From NCBI GenBank assembly GCA_965204775.1, contig CBDBFH010000023.1, positions 2,007-66,006 on the forward strand: 64,000 nucleotides of DNA, read 5' to 3'. The DNA is from Alphaproteobacteria bacterium (GTDB lineage: Bacteria; Pseudomonadota; Alphaproteobacteria; JAPOUT01; G958296285). The notes below the pieces were generated by a model. It was not told the DNA's origin, ran no database searches, and saw only the letters and a program-made list of their open reading frames with translations. Position numbers and translations under genes: made by a program. Of this stretch, positions 18,553 to 30,707 are shown one piece after another. The first letter of the stretch is position 1. The number at the start of each line of letters is the position of its first letter.

Positions 18553-19185
18553 ATGAATCCGAATTCGAAATATTTCAATATGATCCGGACCGGGGTTGTC
18601 TGTGCGCCCGGCGTTGAGGCGGTGTGCGCCGCGCCGGAATGTTGTGCTCCGGCGTCTTATCCGGCTCCGGCGCGCGCGCGGGGGCGGATTTGGTTCTGCC
18701 TGAGGCATGTTCAGGCCTACAATGCCTCCTATAATTTTTTTGACGGGATGAGCGCGGGCGAGATTGCGGCCTATCAGAAGTCGGCGGTGACCGGCCACCG
18801 CCCGACCTGGCGGCTGGGCCTGTGCGGGGGGTGGCGCGCATGGGGGCGGGGGGATGTCTTTGAGGACTGGCAGGAGCTGCTCGAGGCGCGGCGGGTGAAG
18901 CGGGCGGCGGAGCGCGGCGCACAGCCGGGGGCGGCGCAGTCGGACGCGGCACAGCCGGGCATGGCCCCGCCGGGCGTAGCCCGCGCCCGGGCGCTGGCGG
19001 CTCTGGGCCTGGACGTGGATGCGGCCTTGCGCGACATCAAGTCCCGGTTTAAGGAGTTGGTCAAACGCTATCACCCTGACCTCAATGGCGGGGGGGCGGC
19101 GCGCAATGCGCGCCTGATCGAAGTTCTCCAGGCTTGGCAGACGCTGAAGGCCGGGGCCGGTGGGCAGGCGGAAAACAGGCCCTAG
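18553..19185 (+). CDS. J-domain protein (C-terminal DnaJ domain)
   Basis: [31 protein letters not shown] (HPD motif). Conserved position upstream of cobS in alphaproteobacteria. Confidence 0.75.
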   Translation: MNPNSKYFNMIRTGVVCAPGVEAVCAAPECCAPASYPAPARARGRIWFCLRHVQAYNASYNFFDGMSAGEIAAYQKSAVTGHRPTWRLGLCGGWRAWGRGDVFEDWQELLEARRVKRAAERGAQPGAAQSDAAQPGMAPPGVARARALAALGLDVDAALRDIKSRFKELVKRYHPDLNGGGAARNARLIEVLQAWQTLKAGAGGQAENRP

Positions 19186-19213
19186 ACGTGGCGGGAGACA
19201 AGGCGGGCAGACG

Positions 19214-20254
19214 ATGAAATCTGTGGGAAACGGACATCTGGACGTCACCCCGGAGATGACGCCGGACCGGATGGCCGAGGCCGGGGAGGTGTTCGGCCTG
19301 AACATTGCGATGCGGGTTCCGGCGTTTTCGGCGTCCTGCGAGCATGTGCCGGAGATCGACCACGACTATTGCTTCGACCGCAACACGGTTTTGGCGATTC
19401 TGGCGGGCTTTGCGCATAACCGGCGGGTTTTGATTCAGGGTTATCACGGGACGGGCAAATCGACTCATATTGAGCAGGTGGCCGCTCGGCTCAACTGGCC
19501 GTGTGTGCGGGTCAATCTGGACAGTCATATCAGCCGGCTGGACCTGATCGGCAAGGATGCGATTGTGCTGCGCGACGGGCGTCAGGTGACGGAGTTCCGG
19601 GAGGGGATTTTGCCCTGGGCGATTCAGCGCCCCTGCGCGCTGGTCTTTGACGAGTATGACGCCGGGCGGCCCGATGTGATGTTTGTGATTCAGCGGGTTT
19701 TGGAGGTTTCGGGCAAGATGACTTTGCTGGATCAAAACCGGGTGATTTCGCCGCATTCGGGCTTCCGGCTGTTTGCGACGGCGAACACGATCGGTCTGGG
19801 CGATGCGAGCGGGCTCTATCACGGGGTTCAGCAGATCAATCAGGGTCAGATGGACCGCTGGAACATTGTCACCACGTTGAACTATCTGCCGCATGAGGCG
19901 GAGATGGAGATCATTGCCGCCAAGGCGAAGGGGTATCGGGACAAGGCGGGGCGCAAGACGGTTTCGGCGATGATTCGGGTTGCGGAGCTGACGCGCAGCG
20001 CGTTTATGAACGGGGACATTTCGACCGTGATGAGTCCGCGCACGGTTTTGACGTGGGCGGAGAATGCGGGGATTTTCGGCCATGTCGGCTTTGCGTTTCG
20101 TCTGACGTTTTTGAACAAATGCGACGAGACGGAGCGCGGGACGGTTGCGGAGTTTTACCAGCGCTGTTTTGACGAGGAGCTGCCCGAAGATGCGGGTGCG
20201 CTCAGGCTGGCGTCCGGGGCGAAGGCGGGGCGCCCGGTTCGGGCGAGCGCGTGA
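19214..20254 (+). CDS. cobS: CobS-type AAA+ (MoxR-like) ATPase, annotated as cobaltochelatase subunit CobS
   Basis: [44 protein letters not shown] and the rest of the protein match the CobS family. Confidence 0.88.
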   Translation: MKSVGNGHLDVTPEMTPDRMAEAGEVFGLNIAMRVPAFSASCEHVPEIDHDYCFDRNTVLAILAGFAHNRRVLIQGYHGTGKSTHIEQVAARLNWPCVRVNLDSHISRLDLIGKDAIVLRDGRQVTEFREGILPWAIQRPCALVFDEYDAGRPDVMFVIQRVLEVSGKMTLLDQNRVISPHSGFRLFATANTIGLGDASGLYHGVQQINQGQMDRWNIVTTLNYLPHEAEMEIIAAKAKGYRDKAGRKTVSAMIRVAELTRSAFMNGDISTVMSPRTVLTWAENAGIFGHVGFAFRLTFLNKCDETERGTVAEFYQRCFDEELPEDAGALRLASGAKAGRPVRASA

Positions 20255-20266
20255 CGCGCGGCGCGG

Positions 20267-22153
20267 ATGGCCGCCTCCGGGGAAGCGGACGCGTTTGAAA
20301 GCGCGCTGGCCTGCGCCTTGCGGGCGGTGGCGCATGATTCGGATGTGGAGGTTTGCTTTGGTCACGGCGCGGCGCGTCTGGAGGGGCGGGTTGCGCATGT
20401 GCCGCGGGCGGGGCGGGCGGGCAGCCGGCGGGGGATTTCGGAGCAGCGCGGGGCGGCGGATGCGCTGGCGCTGCGCCTGGCCCATCACGATGCGGGGCTG
20501 GACCGCCGTCTGACGCCGCCGGGGGCGCGGGCGCGGGCGCTTTACGAGGCGGGCGAACAGGCGCGGGTTGAGGCTCTGGGGGCGCGGGTCATGCCCGGGG
20601 CGGCGCGCAATCTTTCGGCGGCGTTGGAGAAGCGGTGCGCGGGCCTTGCGCAGGCCGAGGCTGCGCCGCCGGGCGCGGGGGCGCAGCCGCCTCCGGCGGA
20701 GATATTCGGCCTTCTGGTGCGCGCGCATTTGCGCGCCGGGCGATTGCCGGCGGCGGCGCGCGATCTTCTGGCGCCGTGGAAGGAGCGGATTGAGGCGCGG
20801 GCGGGACCGGCGTTGGCGGGGCTGGCGGCGGCGGCGGGGGATCAGGCGGCGTTTGCCGATGCTTTGCGGGAGGTGATGGCGGCGCTGGGCCTGCGCGAGG
20901 AGCTGGGCGATCCGCCGCAGGAGGGCGAGCAGGATGCCAATGAGGACAGCGCGGCGGGCGAGGATCAGGGGGGCGATGACGGCGCGGGCGCGGAGCAGGC
21001 CGCCGCCGAGGATGCGCAAGCCGCGCCGCCGGGCAGCCACTCCGAGAGCGAGGAGGGGGCGGCGCAGGCGCCCGATGATTTTGCGGAGGGCGGCGAGGAC
21101 AGCGAGGCGGCGGCGCAAGAGGCCGGGGCGCGTCCGGTTGCGGGGCGGGGCGGGGCCCGGCGGCCTTATGCGGCCTTCACCAGCGAGTTTGATGAGATTG
21201 TCGCAGCCGAGGAGTTATGCGGCGGCGAAGAATTGGCGCGGCTGCGCCATTATCTGGATCAGCAATTGGTTCTGTTGCACGGGCTGGTCGCGCGTCTGGC
21301 CAACCGCCTGCAGCGCTGCCTGATGGCGCAGCAGGTTCGCTCGTGGGATTTTGATCTGGAGGAGGGCGTTTTGGACCCGGCGCGGCTTTCGCGGGTGATC
21401 TGCGATCCGGTTTCGCCGCTCTCCTACCGGATTGAGCGCGAGACCGAGTTTCGCGACACCGTGGTGACGCTTTTGCTGGACAATTCGGGCTCAATGCGCG
21501 GACGTCCGATCACGGTGGCGGCGTTGTGCGCGGACATTTTGACGCGGACGCTGGAGCGCTGCGGGGTCCGGGTGGAGATTTTGGGCTTCACGACGCGGGC
21601 CTGGAAGGGAGGCCGGTCGCGGGAGAAATGGATAGAGGCGGGCCAGCCGCCGCATCCGGGGCGGCTGAATGATTTGCGCCACATCATCTACAAGAGCGCG
21701 GACAGCCCGTGGAGGCGGTCATGGAGCAATCTGGGGCTGATGATGCGCGAGGGCCTGTTGAAGGAGAATATTGACGGGGAGGCGCTGCTGTGGGCCCATC
21801 AGCGTCTGCTGGCGCGGGCCGAGGAGCGGCGGATTTTGATGGTGATTTCGGACGGCGCGCCGGTGGACGACGCGACCTTGACGGCCAATGCGGCGAATTA
21901 TCTGGAGCGTCATCTGCGCGAGGTGATCGGGGAGATTGAGTCGGCTTCGCCGGTTGAGTTGCTGGCGATCGGGATCGGCCATGACGTGACGCGCTATTAC
22001 CGGCGGGCGGTGACGATCATTGACGCGGACCAGTTAGGGGATGCGATGATTGGGGAGCTGGTGGATTTGTTTGAGTCGTCGCGGACCGGGTTTTCACCAC
22101 GGCGAGGAGGGCGCGATAGGGGACGAGCAAGGCGGGGGCGAGCAAGAGTTTGA
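20267..22153 (+). CDS. cobT: CobT-type vWA protein, annotated as cobaltochelatase subunit CobT
   Basis: Acidic central linker and C-terminal vWA region: [17 protein letters not shown]...[12 protein letters not shown]...[10 protein letters not shown]. Arg-rich 25-aa tail overlaps the convergent gene. Confidence 0.88.
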   Translation: MAASGEADAFESALACALRAVAHDSDVEVCFGHGAARLEGRVAHVPRAGRAGSRRGISEQRGAADALALRLAHHDAGLDRRLTPPGARARALYEAGEQARVEALGARVMPGAARNLSAALEKRCAGLAQAEAAPPGAGAQPPPAEIFGLLVRAHLRAGRLPAAARDLLAPWKERIEARAGPALAGLAAAAGDQAAFADALREVMAALGLREELGDPPQEGEQDANEDSAAGEDQGGDDGAGAEQAAAEDAQAAPPGSHSESEEGAAQAPDDFAEGGEDSEAAAQEAGARPVAGRGGARRPYAAFTSEFDEIVAAEELCGGEELARLRHYLDQQLVLLHGLVARLANRLQRCLMAQQVRSWDFDLEEGVLDPARLSRVICDPVSPLSYRIERETEFRDTVVTLLLDNSGSMRGRPITVAALCADILTRTLERCGVRVEILGFTTRAWKGGRSREKWIEAGQPPHPGRLNDLRHIIYKSADSPWRRSWSNLGLMMREGLLKENIDGEALLWAHQRLLARAEERRILMVISDGAPVDDATLTANAANYLERHLREVIGEIESASPVELLAIGIGHDVTRYYRRAVTIIDADQLGDAMIGELVDLFESSRTGFSPRRGGRDRGRARRGRARV

Positions 22154-22679
22154 CGGCGAGGTCGCCGGCGGCCCATCCGATCCAGAGGGGGAGTTGGAGG
22201 CGGAGCGGGCCGAGGCCGTAATCGGCGCGGGGGGTGGTTCCGGCGAAGGCGAGGGCGAAGAAGAGGGCGGTGTCGCAAAGCGAGGCGAGCGCTGAGGAGA
22301 CGAGGGGGGCGCGCCACCAGGCGTAGTGGCGCAGGCGGTGGAAGATGCGGATATCGAGGAGTTGGGCGATCAGGAAGGCGGCGCCGGAGGCGAGGGCGAC
22401 GCGCAGGCTTGGGCCCAGCGCCGCCGAGAGGAGGAGGGCCGGAGGAAAGGCCAGATAAACGATCATGCGGGCGGCGCGTGGGCCGTGGAAGCGATTGACC
22501 AGATCGGTGATCAGGAACGTGGCCGGATAGACGAAGGCGGCCCAGGTGAGCAGGGCCTCCAGGCCCAGCGGGGTGAAGGGGTATTGGACGAGGATGTTGG
22601 AGAGCGCGATGACGCCGATCATGCCGGCGCCGGCGAGGGCCGGCGCCAGGCGGCGGCGCGGGGCGGGCGGGGCGCTCAA
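22017..22679 (-). CDS. yhhQ: VUT/YhhQ-family queuosine-precursor transporter
   Basis: SNILVQYPF...[21 protein letters not shown]...[10 protein letters not shown]. Start proposed at a TTG overlapping the rpmB stop (TTGA); this start is uncertain. Confidence 0.65.
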   Translation of the reverse strand: MSAPPAPRRRLAPALAGAGMIGVIALSNILVQYPFTPLGLEALLTWAAFVYPATFLITDLVNRFHGPRAARMIVYLAFPPALLLSAALGPSLRVALASGAAFLIAQLLDIRIFHRLRHYAWWRAPLVSSALASLCDTALFFALAFAGTTPRADYGLGPLRLQLPLWIGWAAGDLAVKLLLAPALLVPYRALLAVVKTRSATTQTNPPAPQSSHPLTGPRQ

Positions 22680-22981
22680 CGGGAAGCGGCGGGCTGCGCG
22701 GCGGTCTGTTTGAGGAGGATGGCTTTTTTGTAGCGGCGGGCGCGCGCGGAGAGTTTGGCGTCCGGGGCTTTGCGCAGATAGGCGTCGAGGCCGCCGCGAT
22801 GCTCGACCGAGCGCAGGGCGGCGGCGCTGATCTTGAGGGGGAGGCGGCGGCCCAGAGTCTCGCTGTCCAGATGGACCCGGCACAGATTGGGCAGGAAGCG
22901 GCGCAGGGTGCGGTTATGGGCATGGCTGACATTTCTGCCGGTCATGGGGCCTATTCCGGTCAATTCGCAGCGCCGGGCCAT
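22676..22981 (-). CDS. rpmB: 50S ribosomal protein L28
   Basis: [33 protein letters not shown]. Confidence 0.93.
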   Translation of the reverse strand: MARRCELTGIGPMTGRNVSHAHNRTLRRFLPNLCRVHLDSETLGRRLPLKISAAALRSVEHRGGLDAYLRKAPDAKLSARARRYKKAILLKQTAAQPAASR

Positions 22982-23101
22982 GAGGTAAAACTCCGCTTGG
23001 GGCAAGGGCGGTATAAGGCGGCGGGGCCGGGGCGTCAAGCCCGGCGGGGGGCAGGCCCCGTGCCTGATTTGAGGAGGCCAGGAGGTGAGACGCGCGGGCG
23101 C

Positions 23102-23980
23102 CTACCAGGTCAGAACCGGCATATAGGCGTCCGGAACGAAACCGGCCCGGCGGCAGAAGGCCGCAACCTCTTCCGCCTCCGCCTCGCCAAGTTGGCGGCG
23201 GGCAAGGCCGCCGGTGATAAACAGGCTGTCCAGGCCGTAATCGCCCGCGCCCTTGATATCGGTCTCAAGCCCGTCGCCGATCGCCAGAATCCGCCCCGCC
23301 CCGCCAAGCAGAGCGCAGGCGCGGTCATAAATTGGCCGGTGAGGCTTGCCAAAATAATCGACCCTGCCCCCAAGACCTTCATAAAGCCGGGCAAGCGCCC
23401 CGGCGCAGGGGATCGTCTGCTCGCCCCGCATAACCTCAATATCGGGATTGGCGCAGACCATGGGAAGATCGCGCGCGCGCGCGCGCGCCAGCACGGGGCG
23501 GTAATCTTCTGCGCTCTCGTGCACATCATCGCGCAGGCCGGTGCACAGAATGAACGCGGCCTCGTCAAGATCGCCGCAGGCAAGAGGCGCGCCGGCAAAC
23601 AGGGGGCGGTCGCGGTCCGGGCCCAGATGATGGCACACGGCGCCATAAACGCCCCTGTCCAGAGCCGCACGCACCGCATCGCCCGACGTGACGACAGCGT
23701 CATAAGCCTGCGGCGGAACCCCAATCTGCGCCAATTGCTCCCGGATCACCCCGGCAGGCCGGGGCGCGTTGGAGAGCAGGACAACTTCTCCGCCCCCGGC
23801 GCGGAAACGGGCGAGAGCCTCGCAGGCCGCCGGAAACGGGCGGGCCCCGTTATGAAGCACACCCCAGACATCGCACAAGATGCCGGTATAAGACCCGGCG
23901 GCCTCGCGCAGACCCCGCCCGCGCCGTGGGCGCGCTTGCGCCCCGGGGCCGCCCGGCTTATAACCGCAAGACGCGGTCAT
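23102..23980 (-). CDS. HAD-superfamily subfamily IIA hydrolase
   Basis: [13 protein letters not shown] nucleophile motif, LSNAPR, and C-terminal [13 protein letters not shown]. Confidence 0.78.
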   Translation of the reverse strand: MTASCGYKPGGPGAQARPRRGRGLREAAGSYTGILCDVWGVLHNGARPFPAACEALARFRAGGGEVVLLSNAPRPAGVIREQLAQIGVPPQAYDAVVTSGDAVRAALDRGVYGAVCHHLGPDRDRPLFAGAPLACGDLDEAAFILCTGLRDDVHESAEDYRPVLARARARDLPMVCANPDIEVMRGEQTIPCAGALARLYEGLGGRVDYFGKPHRPIYDRACALLGGAGRILAIGDGLETDIKGAGDYGLDSLFITGGLARRQLGEAEAEEVAAFCRRAGFVPDAYMPVLTW

Positions 23981-24025
23981 CGCCTGCCGCTAACGATTGC
24001 GCGAAACAAATTCCGGTTTCCTGGC

Positions 24026-24280
24026 ATGAAAAAAAACCTTCACCCCGATTATCACGACATCACGGTCGTCCTGACCGACAAAACCAGCTTCCGCACCCGG
24101 TCGACCTATGGCAAGGCCGGCGAACGTCTGGTTCTCGACATTGATCCTGCCACCCATCCGGCCTGGACGGGCGGGGGGCAGCATTTGGTCGACCGGGGCG
24201 GCCAGTTGAGCAAGTTCAACAAAAGATACCGGGATTTCAACCTGAAAGCGGGTTCGGGCGGCGGGACGGGGGCGTCCTGA
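24026..24280 (+). CDS. rpmE: 50S ribosomal protein L31
   Basis: [15 protein letters not shown]...[13 protein letters not shown]. This is only the 3' end of track ORF 22799..24280. Confidence 0.92.
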   Translation: MKKNLHPDYHDITVVLTDKTSFRTRSTYGKAGERLVLDIDPATHPAWTGGGQHLVDRGGQLSKFNKRYRDFNLKAGSGGGTGAS

Positions 24281-24289
24281 GGAGGGCAG

Positions 24290-25003
24290 ATGGACCGCCC
24301 CTTGATGCCGCAGGCCACGGCGATCTGGCTGATTGAGAATACGGCGCTGACGTTTGAGCAGATTGGCGATTTTTGCGGCCTGCATCTTCTGGAGATTGAG
24401 GGGATCGCCAATGAGGATGTGGCGCAGGGGATTCGGGGGATTGACCCGGTGGCGTCGGGCCAGACGACGCGGGCGGATCTGGAGCGCTGCGCGCGCGACC
24501 CCGGCGAGCGTCTGAAGATGGCGCCGCCGCGCGCCGACTTGCCGGAGTTGAAGCGGCGGCGGGGTCCGCGTTACACGCCGTTGAGTCAAAGGCGCGACCG
24601 GCCTGATGCGATTGCCTGGCTGGTTCGCAATCATGCGGAGTTGACGGACGGGCAGATCAGCCGTCTGGTGGGGACGACCAAGGCGACGATTGTTCAGATT
24701 CGGGACCGGACGCATTGGAACACGGCGAATATCAAGCCGGTGGATCCTGTGACGCTGGGTTTGTGCAGTCAGGTGGAGCTGGACGCGGCGCTGGCCAAGG
24801 CGGCGCGGGCGGCGGCGCGCGGGCGCGGGAAGAAGACGGAGGCGGAAGCGGAGGCGGCCCCGGCGGCGGCCCCGGTGGCGGTGGAGTCCGGCGCTTCGGC
24901 GCAGGTGGAGAAGGCGGAGAGGACGCCGGAGAAGACGCCGGAGAAGAAGTATGATCCGGCTTCGGTCTTTGCCAAATTGAAGGAGGACCGGGAGGGGGAG
25001 TGA
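24290..25003 (+). CDS. DUF1013 domain protein (TrcR-like cell-cycle regulator family)
   Basis: [29 protein letters not shown]...[42 protein letters not shown]. Confidence 0.8.
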   Translation: MDRPLMPQATAIWLIENTALTFEQIGDFCGLHLLEIEGIANEDVAQGIRGIDPVASGQTTRADLERCARDPGERLKMAPPRADLPELKRRRGPRYTPLSQRRDRPDAIAWLVRNHAELTDGQISRLVGTTKATIVQIRDRTHWNTANIKPVDPVTLGLCSQVELDAALAKAARAAARGRGKKTEAEAEAAPAAAPVAVESGASAQVEKAERTPEKTPEKKYDPASVFAKLKEDREGE

Positions 25004-25497
25004 GCCGGGGCGCGCCACAGGTTGGGATCATCATGGGCAGCCGTTCGGACTGGCCGGCGATGAAGCCCGCCGCGGATATTTTGCAGACATTGCAGGTTTC
25101 GCATGAGTGCCGGATTGTCTCGGCGCACCGGACGCCGGAGCGGCTTTACGCCTATGCGCGCGGGGCGCAGGAGCGTGGTTTGCAGGTGGTGATTGCCGGA
25201 GCCGGGGGCGCGGCGCATTTGCCGGGGATGACGGCGGCGCTGACTCCGCTGCCGGTCTTTGCGGTTCCGATTGAGACCGAGGCCCTGTCGGGTCTGGACA
25301 GTCTTTTGTCGATTGTGCAGATGCCGGGGGGGGTTCCGGTCGGGACGCTGGCGGTGGGCGCGGCGGGGGCGTTGAATGCCGGGCTGCTGGCGGCGGCGGT
25401 GTTGGGGCTTGCTGATTCCGGTCTTGCCGCCCGTCTGGCGCGCTGGCGTCAGGAGCAAAGCCGGTCGGTCGGCGAGCGTCCCGATACGGGGTCATGA
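25000..25497 (+). CDS. purE: N5-carboxyaminoimidazole ribonucleotide mutase
   Basis: [11 protein letters not shown]...SAHRTP...[13 protein letters not shown]. Confidence 0.93.
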   Translation: MSRGAPQVGIIMGSRSDWPAMKPAADILQTLQVSHECRIVSAHRTPERLYAYARGAQERGLQVVIAGAGGAAHLPGMTAALTPLPVFAVPIETEALSGLDSLLSIVQMPGGVPVGTLAVGAAGALNAGLLAAAVLGLADSGLAARLARWRQEQSRSVGERPDTGS

Positions 25498-26621
25498 GCC
25501 GGGCGGCGGGCGGGGGGCGTCTGCCGGTGCCTCCCGGCGGCCGGATCGGCATTTTGGGCGGCGGGCAGTTGGGCCGGATGCTGGCGATGGCGGCGGCCCG
25601 CCTGGGTTTTTCGGTCTGGATTTACTGTCCGGAGGAGTCGGTGGCGGCGCAGACGGCGGCGCGCCATATTGCGGCGGGTTATGCGGACGAGGCGGCGCTG
25701 GCCGGCTTTGCCGAGGCGTGTGATGTGATCACCTTTGAGTTTGAGAATATTCCTCTGGCGAGTCTTGCGTTTTTGGGCGGGCGGGCTTTGGTTCGGCCCG
25801 GTGCGGAGAGTCTGCGGATAACGCAAGACCGCCTTTTGGAGAAGCGTTTCGTGCAATCGGCGGGGATCGGGCTGGCGGGGTTTGCGCCGGTGGACGGGGA
25901 GCGGGATTTGGAAGCGGGGCTGGCGGCGGCCGGCCTGCCGGCGATTTTGAAGACGCGGCGGGCGGGCTATGACGGCAGGGGCCAGCGGGCGGTGGCCTCG
26001 CGTGCGGCGGCGCGCGCGGCGTTGCGCGAACTGGGCGGGGGGGACTGCGTTTTAGAGCAGCGGATTGCGTTTGACTGCGAGATTGCGCTGATCGGCGTGC
26101 GCGGCGCGGATGGCGGGTTTTGCGCCTATGATCCGGTTGAGACGCTGCACGCCGGGGGGATTTTGCGCCAGGCGCGCGCGCCGGCGCAGATCGCGCCGGA
26201 TTTGCGGGGCAAGGCGGAGGCAACCGCGCGCCGGATTGCCGAGGGTCTGGATCATATCGGGGTTCTGGCGGTTGAGATGTTTTGCGCCGGGGGCGATCTG
26301 CTGGTCAACGAGATTGCGCCGCGGGTTCACAATTCGGGTCACTGGACGCTGGAGGCCTGCGCGATCAGTCAGTTTGAGCAGCACATCCGGGCGATTTGCG
26401 GCTGGCCGGCGGGTTCGGCGTCGCGGCATTCGGATGCGCAGATGCGCAATCTTCTGGGCGAGGAAGGCGGGGCGTGGGAGTCGGTGGCGGCGCAGAGCGG
26501 GGCGGCGCTGCATCTGTACGGCAAGCAGGCCAGACCGGGGCGCAAGGTCGGCCATGTGACGCGGCTTTATCCTTTGGGGGCGCTTGATCGCCGGGGCGGG
26601 GCGGCGCGGGAGGCGGGATAG
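25494..26621 (+). CDS. purK: N5-carboxyaminoimidazole ribonucleotide synthase
   Basis: ATP-grasp pattern [12 protein letters not shown]...GYDGRGQ...[18 protein letters not shown] overlap with purE. Confidence 0.92.
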   Translation: MSRAAGGGRLPVPPGGRIGILGGGQLGRMLAMAAARLGFSVWIYCPEESVAAQTAARHIAAGYADEAALAGFAEACDVITFEFENIPLASLAFLGGRALVRPGAESLRITQDRLLEKRFVQSAGIGLAGFAPVDGERDLEAGLAAAGLPAILKTRRAGYDGRGQRAVASRAAARAALRELGGGDCVLEQRIAFDCEIALIGVRGADGGFCAYDPVETLHAGGILRQARAPAQIAPDLRGKAEATARRIAEGLDHIGVLAVEMFCAGGDLLVNEIAPRVHNSGHWTLEACAISQFEQHIRAICGWPAGSASRHSDAQMRNLLGEEGGAWESVAAQSGAALHLYGKQARPGRKVGHVTRLYPLGALDRRGGAAREAG

Positions 26622-27307
26622 CGCCACCCGGCGAGGGCTTCGGCTATGGCGTTGGGCAGGGCATCGGAGCGCAGGGCGCGGGCGAGGCGGCCCAGCGCCC
26701 CGCCCCACTGGACGACACTGCCGATCTGGCGCTGAATGAAGTCGGCGGTTTCGCTTTTTCCGGCGCTGGAGTCGTTGAGCCAGACGGCCAGACTCTGGGC
26801 GATGACCGGGGCGAGGAGGGCGCGCTTGGAGTAATAGTTGAAGTCGGTGGAGGCGTCGCCGCTGGCCCGCCAGATGGCGTCGGAGGAGGCGGCCAGCGCG
26901 CGCAGGCCGGTCGGAATGCAAGGGGGCAGCGCAAAGAAGACAGCCAGCCGCCGCACGGCCTCTTGATGGGGCAAGGCGAGGGCGAGGCGGGCGCGCAGGA
27001 AGAAGGCGACTTTATCGCGCACCCGTTCGGGCAGGCGGGCGGGATCAAGGCGGGCGGCGTCTTCGAGCAGCTGCCGGTCGCCCTCGGCGGAGAAATAAAG
27101 GGCGAGATCGCAGATTCCGGCGGGGAACAGGGCGCGGACCTGTTTGGGTTCCAGCCCGGCCTTGCGCCCGGCCTGGGCGAGCAGGGCCGAGGTCCAGCCC
27201 AGATTGGTGACTTCGGGCAGGGCGGCGTCGAGCAGGCGGCGGCGGAGGCCGGCGGAGCGTGTTTTGGGGGCGGCAGGCATGGGCAACACTGAGTGAGTGG
27301 GAGACAC
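26567..27307 (-). CDS. COQ9-like protein (RpsU-divergently transcribed protein family)
   Basis: Divergent from rpsU. Helical TetR-like N-terminus and a COQ9-like C-terminus. The family call rests on position and overall pattern. Confidence 0.6.
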   Translation of the reverse strand: MSPTHSVLPMPAAPKTRSAGLRRRLLDAALPEVTNLGWTSALLAQAGRKAGLEPKQVRALFPAGICDLALYFSAEGDRQLLEDAARLDPARLPERVRDKVAFFLRARLALALPHQEAVRRLAVFFALPPCIPTGLRALAASSDAIWRASGDASTDFNYYSKRALLAPVIAQSLAVWLNDSSAGKSETADFIQRQIGSVVQWGGALGRLARALRSDALPNAIAEALAGWRYPASRAAPPRRSSAPKG

Positions 27308-27425
27308 CCGGCATATCGCCTCTGGACAGGCCGGTCAATATCTGATAGAGCCTGCCGCTTTGATGGCTGGCGCGGGCGGGGGTTTTCCCGTCCGGCGTTT
27401 TTCGTCTGATGAGGATATTTGTCTT

Positions 27426-27677
27426 TTGACCATTCAAGTTGTTGTTCGCGACAATAATGTCGAGCAGGCGCTGAAGGCGCTGAAGCGCAAATTGCAGCGC
27501 GAGGGCGTGTTTCGCGAGATCAAGCTGCGCCATTACTACGAGAAGCCGACGCAAAAGCGCACCCGCGAGAAGGCGGAGGCGATCCGGCGTTTGCGCAAGT
27601 TGGCGCGCAAGCGGGCGATGCGCGAGGGTCTGCTGACGAGCGGGGGCCGGAGCGGGGTTCGCCTGCCCCGGCGCTAG
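27426..27677 (+). CDS. rpsU: 30S ribosomal protein S21
   Basis: (M)[43 protein letters not shown] start with GAGGA 9 nt upstream. Confidence 0.88.
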   Translation: MTIQVVVRDNNVEQALKALKRKLQREGVFREIKLRHYYEKPTQKRTREKAEAIRRLRKLARKRAMREGLLTSGGRSGVRLPRR

Positions 27678-29080
27678 GCGAGCGCCTTGACGATTCCCTC
27701 GACCATTTTTTTGGCGTCGCCGAACAGCATCATCGTATTGTCGCGGAAGAAGAGGCGGTTGGAGATTCCGGCATAGCCTGCGCCCAGGCCGCGCTTGACG
27801 AAGAGGACGGTGGCGGCCTTGCCGACGTCGAGGACGGGCATTCCGAAGATGGGGCTTTGAGGGTCGTCGCGCGCGGCGGGGTTGGTCACGTCATTGGCGC
27901 CGATGACGAAGGCGACGTCGGTCTGGGCGAAGGCGTTGTTGATGTCTTCCAGTTCGAAGACTTCGTCATAGGGGACATTGGCTTCGGCGAGGAGGACGTT
28001 CATATGTCCGGGCATGCGCCCGGCGACGGGGTGGATGGCGTAGGAGAGTTTGACTCCGGCGCTTTTGAGGGCGTCGGCCATTTCGCGCAGGGCGTGCTGT
28101 GCCTGGGCGACGGCCATGCCGTAGCCGGGGACGACGACCACCGATCCGGCATTGGCGAGGATGAAGGCGGCGTCTTCGGCGCTGCCGCGCTTGACGGGGC
28201 GCTCGCCGCCGGTTTGGGCGGCGGTCTCGTCGCCGCCGAAGCCGCCGAGGATGACGCTGAAGAAGGAGCGGTTCATGCCGCGGCACATGATGTAGGAGAG
28301 GATGGCGCCCGAGGCCCCGACCAGCGCGCCGGTGATGATCAGGGCCATATTGGAGAGGGTGAATCCGATTCCGGCGGCGGCCCATCCGGAATAGGAGTTG
28401 AGCATGGAGATGACGACGGGCATATCGGCGCCGCCGATGGGGATGATCAGGAGGATTCCGATCAGGAAGGCGAGGAGGGTGACGAGGAGGAAGACGGCGA
28501 GGCTGGGCTGCCCGGCGGAGAGGGTGAGGAAGAGGATTCCGGCGAGGATGGCGAGCGCGATCAGGGCGTTGATTACGTGGCGGGCGGGGAGGAGGCGGGG
28601 GGCGCCGGACATGAGTCCCTGCAATTTGGCGAAGGCGATGATGGATCCGGAGAAGGTGATCGCGCCGATGACCGATCCCAGCGCCATTTCGAGCATGCTG
28701 ACGGGGCGGATTCCGCCATTGGGGTGTGCGATCTGGAAGGCGGCGGGGGAGAAGAAGGCGGCCAGGGCGACCAGGACGGCGGCGAGGCCGACGAGGGAAT
28801 GGAAGGCGGCGACGAGTTGGGGCATGGCGGTCATCGGGATTCGGTAGGCGATGAGCGCGCCGAGCGCGCCGCCGGCGAGGACGGCGAGCGCGATCAGGCC
28901 GAGGATGGCCGGGGCATGGGACTGGAGGAGGAAGAAGGTGGTGACGACGGCGACGGCCATTCCGGCCATTCCGGCGAGGTTGCCGCGCCGGGAGGATTCC
29001 GGTGAGGCGAGGCCGCGCAAGGCGAGGATGAAGAGGACGCCGGCGGCCAGATAGAGGAGGGCGGCGAGGTTGGGGTTCAT
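27674..29080 (-). CDS. pntB: NAD(P) transhydrogenase beta subunit
   Basis: 468 aa. N-terminal TM domain, C-terminal dIII: [13 protein letters not shown]...[18 protein letters not shown]. Confidence 0.93.
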   Translation of the reverse strand: MNPNLAALLYLAAGVLFILALRGLASPESSRRGNLAGMAGMAVAVVTTFFLLQSHAPAILGLIALAVLAGGALGALIAYRIPMTAMPQLVAAFHSLVGLAAVLVALAAFFSPAAFQIAHPNGGIRPVSMLEMALGSVIGAITFSGSIIAFAKLQGLMSGAPRLLPARHVINALIALAILAGILFLTLSAGQPSLAVFLLVTLLAFLIGILLIIPIGGADMPVVISMLNSYSGWAAAGIGFTLSNMALIITGALVGASGAILSYIMCRGMNRSFFSVILGGFGGDETAAQTGGERPVKRGSAEDAAFILANAGSVVVVPGYGMAVAQAQHALREMADALKSAGVKLSYAIHPVAGRMPGHMNVLLAEANVPYDEVFELEDINNAFAQTDVAFVIGANDVTNPAARDDPQSPIFGMPVLDVGKAATVLFVKRGLGAGYAGISNRLFFRDNTMMLFGDAKKMVEGIVKALA

Positions 29081-29083
29081 CGC

Positions 29084-29392
29084 TCAGCGCTCTTTTTTGC
29101 GGTACATGGCGAGCATTCTGGCGGTGACGAGGAAGCCGCCGAAGATATTGACGCAGGCCATGACCAGGGCGCAAAAGCCGAGGATGCGCGACAGGCGCGA
29201 AGCGCCGCCGAGGCTCTCGACGCCGACCGCGATCAGCGCGCCGACCACGATCACCGAGGAGATGGCGTTGGTCACCGACATCAGCGGGGTGTGGAGGGCG
29301 GGGGTCACCGACCAGACGACGTAATAGCCGACGAAGATGGCCAGGATGAAAATGCTGAGCAGGAAGAGGCCCGGCTCGACGGCGAGGGTCAT
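29084..29392 (-). CDS. pntAB: NAD(P) transhydrogenase alpha subunit part 2 (membrane dII segment)
   Basis: 102-aa three-helix protein: [32 protein letters not shown]. Confidence 0.88.
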   Translation of the reverse strand: MTLAVEPGLFLLSIFILAIFVGYYVVWSVTPALHTPLMSVTNAISSVIVVGALIAVGVESLGGASRLSRILGFCALVMACVNIFGGFLVTARMLAMYRKKER

Positions 29393-30510
29393 GATCGGGC
29401 CTCCGGTCCGGCGCGGGCGGGGGTTTGGCGGCTGCGGGCGATGGCGGTGGCGGCGATGATTTCGTCGTCCCAGTCGACGGCAAGCGTTTTGTTTTGGGGG
29501 TCGATCATGGGGGCGATGAAATTATAGAGGTTTCGGGCATAGAGGGCGCTGGCGTCGGCGGCGATCATTCCGGCCATATTGAGGGGGGCGAGGATGGCGA
29601 CGCCGGATTCGCGCACGGTCTGGCCGGGCTGTGACAAGGCGCAGTTGCCGCCCTGGGGCGCGGCGAGATCGACGATCACCGATCCCGGCTTCATGCTGCG
29701 CACCATTTCGGGGCTGATCAGGCGCGGGGCGGGCTTGCCGGGGATCAGGGCGGTGCAGATGACGATATCCTGGCGGGCGATAGTCCGGGCGATGAGTTCG
29801 GCCTGGCGGCGCTGATAGTCCCGGCTCATTTCGCGGGCGTATCCGGCTTCGGTTTCGGCGGCTTCTTCGGCGGCGTCCTCGACCATGACGAATTCTGCGC
29901 CCAGGCTTTCGATCTGCTCGCCGGCGGCGCGGCGGACATCGGTGGCGCTGACCCGCGCGCCGAGGCGGCGGGCGGTGGCGATGGCCTGCAATCCGGCGAC
30001 GCCTGCGCCCATCACGAAGAGGCGGGCGGGGGCGACGGTTCCGGCGGCGGTCATCATCATGGGAAAGGCGCGCGCGAAGCAGGCGGCGGCTTCGATCACG
30101 GCCCGGTATCCGGCGAGGTTGGCCTGCGAGGACAAGGCGTCCATCGACTGGGCGCGGGTGATGCGGGGCAGGCGCTCCAGCGCGAAGGCGGACAGCCCGG
30201 CGCCGGCGAATTGGGCGGCGGCTTCGGGTCTGTGGGGTTCGAGGAGTCCGGCGAGGACCGCGCCTTTTTTCATCCGGGCCAGGTGCGGGGCGGCGGGCGG
30301 ACGCACCGCGAGGACGATGTCGGCCTGGGCGAGGATTTGGGGATCGTCGAAGAACTTTACGCCGGCTGCTTCATAGTCTGCGGCGGCGAAGGGGGCGGGG
30401 CTGCGCTCCAGCATGGGGGTCAGGCCGAGGGCGGCGAATTTGCGGGCGGTTTCGGGCGAGAGCGCACAGCGCGGCTCGCCTTGCGCCTCCTTGAGGGCGA
30501 TGAGTTTCAT
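29389..30510 (-). CDS. pntAA: NAD(P) transhydrogenase alpha subunit part 1 (dI)
   Basis: Alanine-dehydrogenase-like fold: [19 protein letters not shown]. Confidence 0.92.
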   Translation of the reverse strand: MKLIALKEAQGEPRCALSPETARKFAALGLTPMLERSPAPFAAADYEAAGVKFFDDPQILAQADIVLAVRPPAAPHLARMKKGAVLAGLLEPHRPEAAAQFAGAGLSAFALERLPRITRAQSMDALSSQANLAGYRAVIEAAACFARAFPMMMTAAGTVAPARLFVMGAGVAGLQAIATARRLGARVSATDVRRAAGEQIESLGAEFVMVEDAAEEAAETEAGYAREMSRDYQRRQAELIARTIARQDIVICTALIPGKPAPRLISPEMVRSMKPGSVIVDLAAPQGGNCALSQPGQTVRESGVAILAPLNMAGMIAADASALYARNLYNFIAPMIDPQNKTLAVDWDDEIIAATAIARSRQTPARAGPEARS

Positions 30511-30668
30511 CAGACGAGCAGCACGGCCATCAGGAGCAGGATGACGGCCGCAACGCCGCCCGAGATGGCGAGGAAGCGCACGAAGCCGGCATATCCCCGG
30601 ATATGCATCTGCGCGTCCATCTCGCGATGCCAGCCGCGCGGTTTGGAAGAAGCGCCCTTGCCCGCCAT
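30510..30668 (-). CDS. Small membrane protein, aa3-type cytochrome oxidase subunit IV-like family (52 aa)
   Basis: Hand translation: MAGKGASSKPRGWHREMDAQMHIRGYAGFVRFLAISGGVAAVILLLMAVLLV. Its stop overlaps the pntAA ATG (TGATG). Below the track size cut-off. Confidence 0.55.
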   Translation of the reverse strand: MAGKGASSKPRGWHREMDAQMHIRGYAGFVRFLAISGGVAAVILLLMAVLLV

Positions 30669-30707
30669 GATCGGGGATTATAGCAGAACGGGGCGGGGGC
30701 GGACGAT

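Noticed and set aside
22799-24280. Track ORF of 493 aa.
   Set aside because: Only the last 84 codons (rpmE, from ATG 24026) look like a real protein. The rest is antisense to the HAD hydrolase gene.
27674-27677. Convergent genes sharing palindromic overlapping stop codons: CTAG for rpsU/pntB, TTAA at 43933-43936 for xthA/ilvD. Longer convergent tail overlaps also occur: cobT/yhhQ 137 bp, CNNM/bolA 62 bp, purK/COQ9-like 55 bp.
   Set aside because: This is real in the sequence, but it is most simply explained by tight packing and rare stop codons in a high-GC genome. There is no evidence of a regulatory role.
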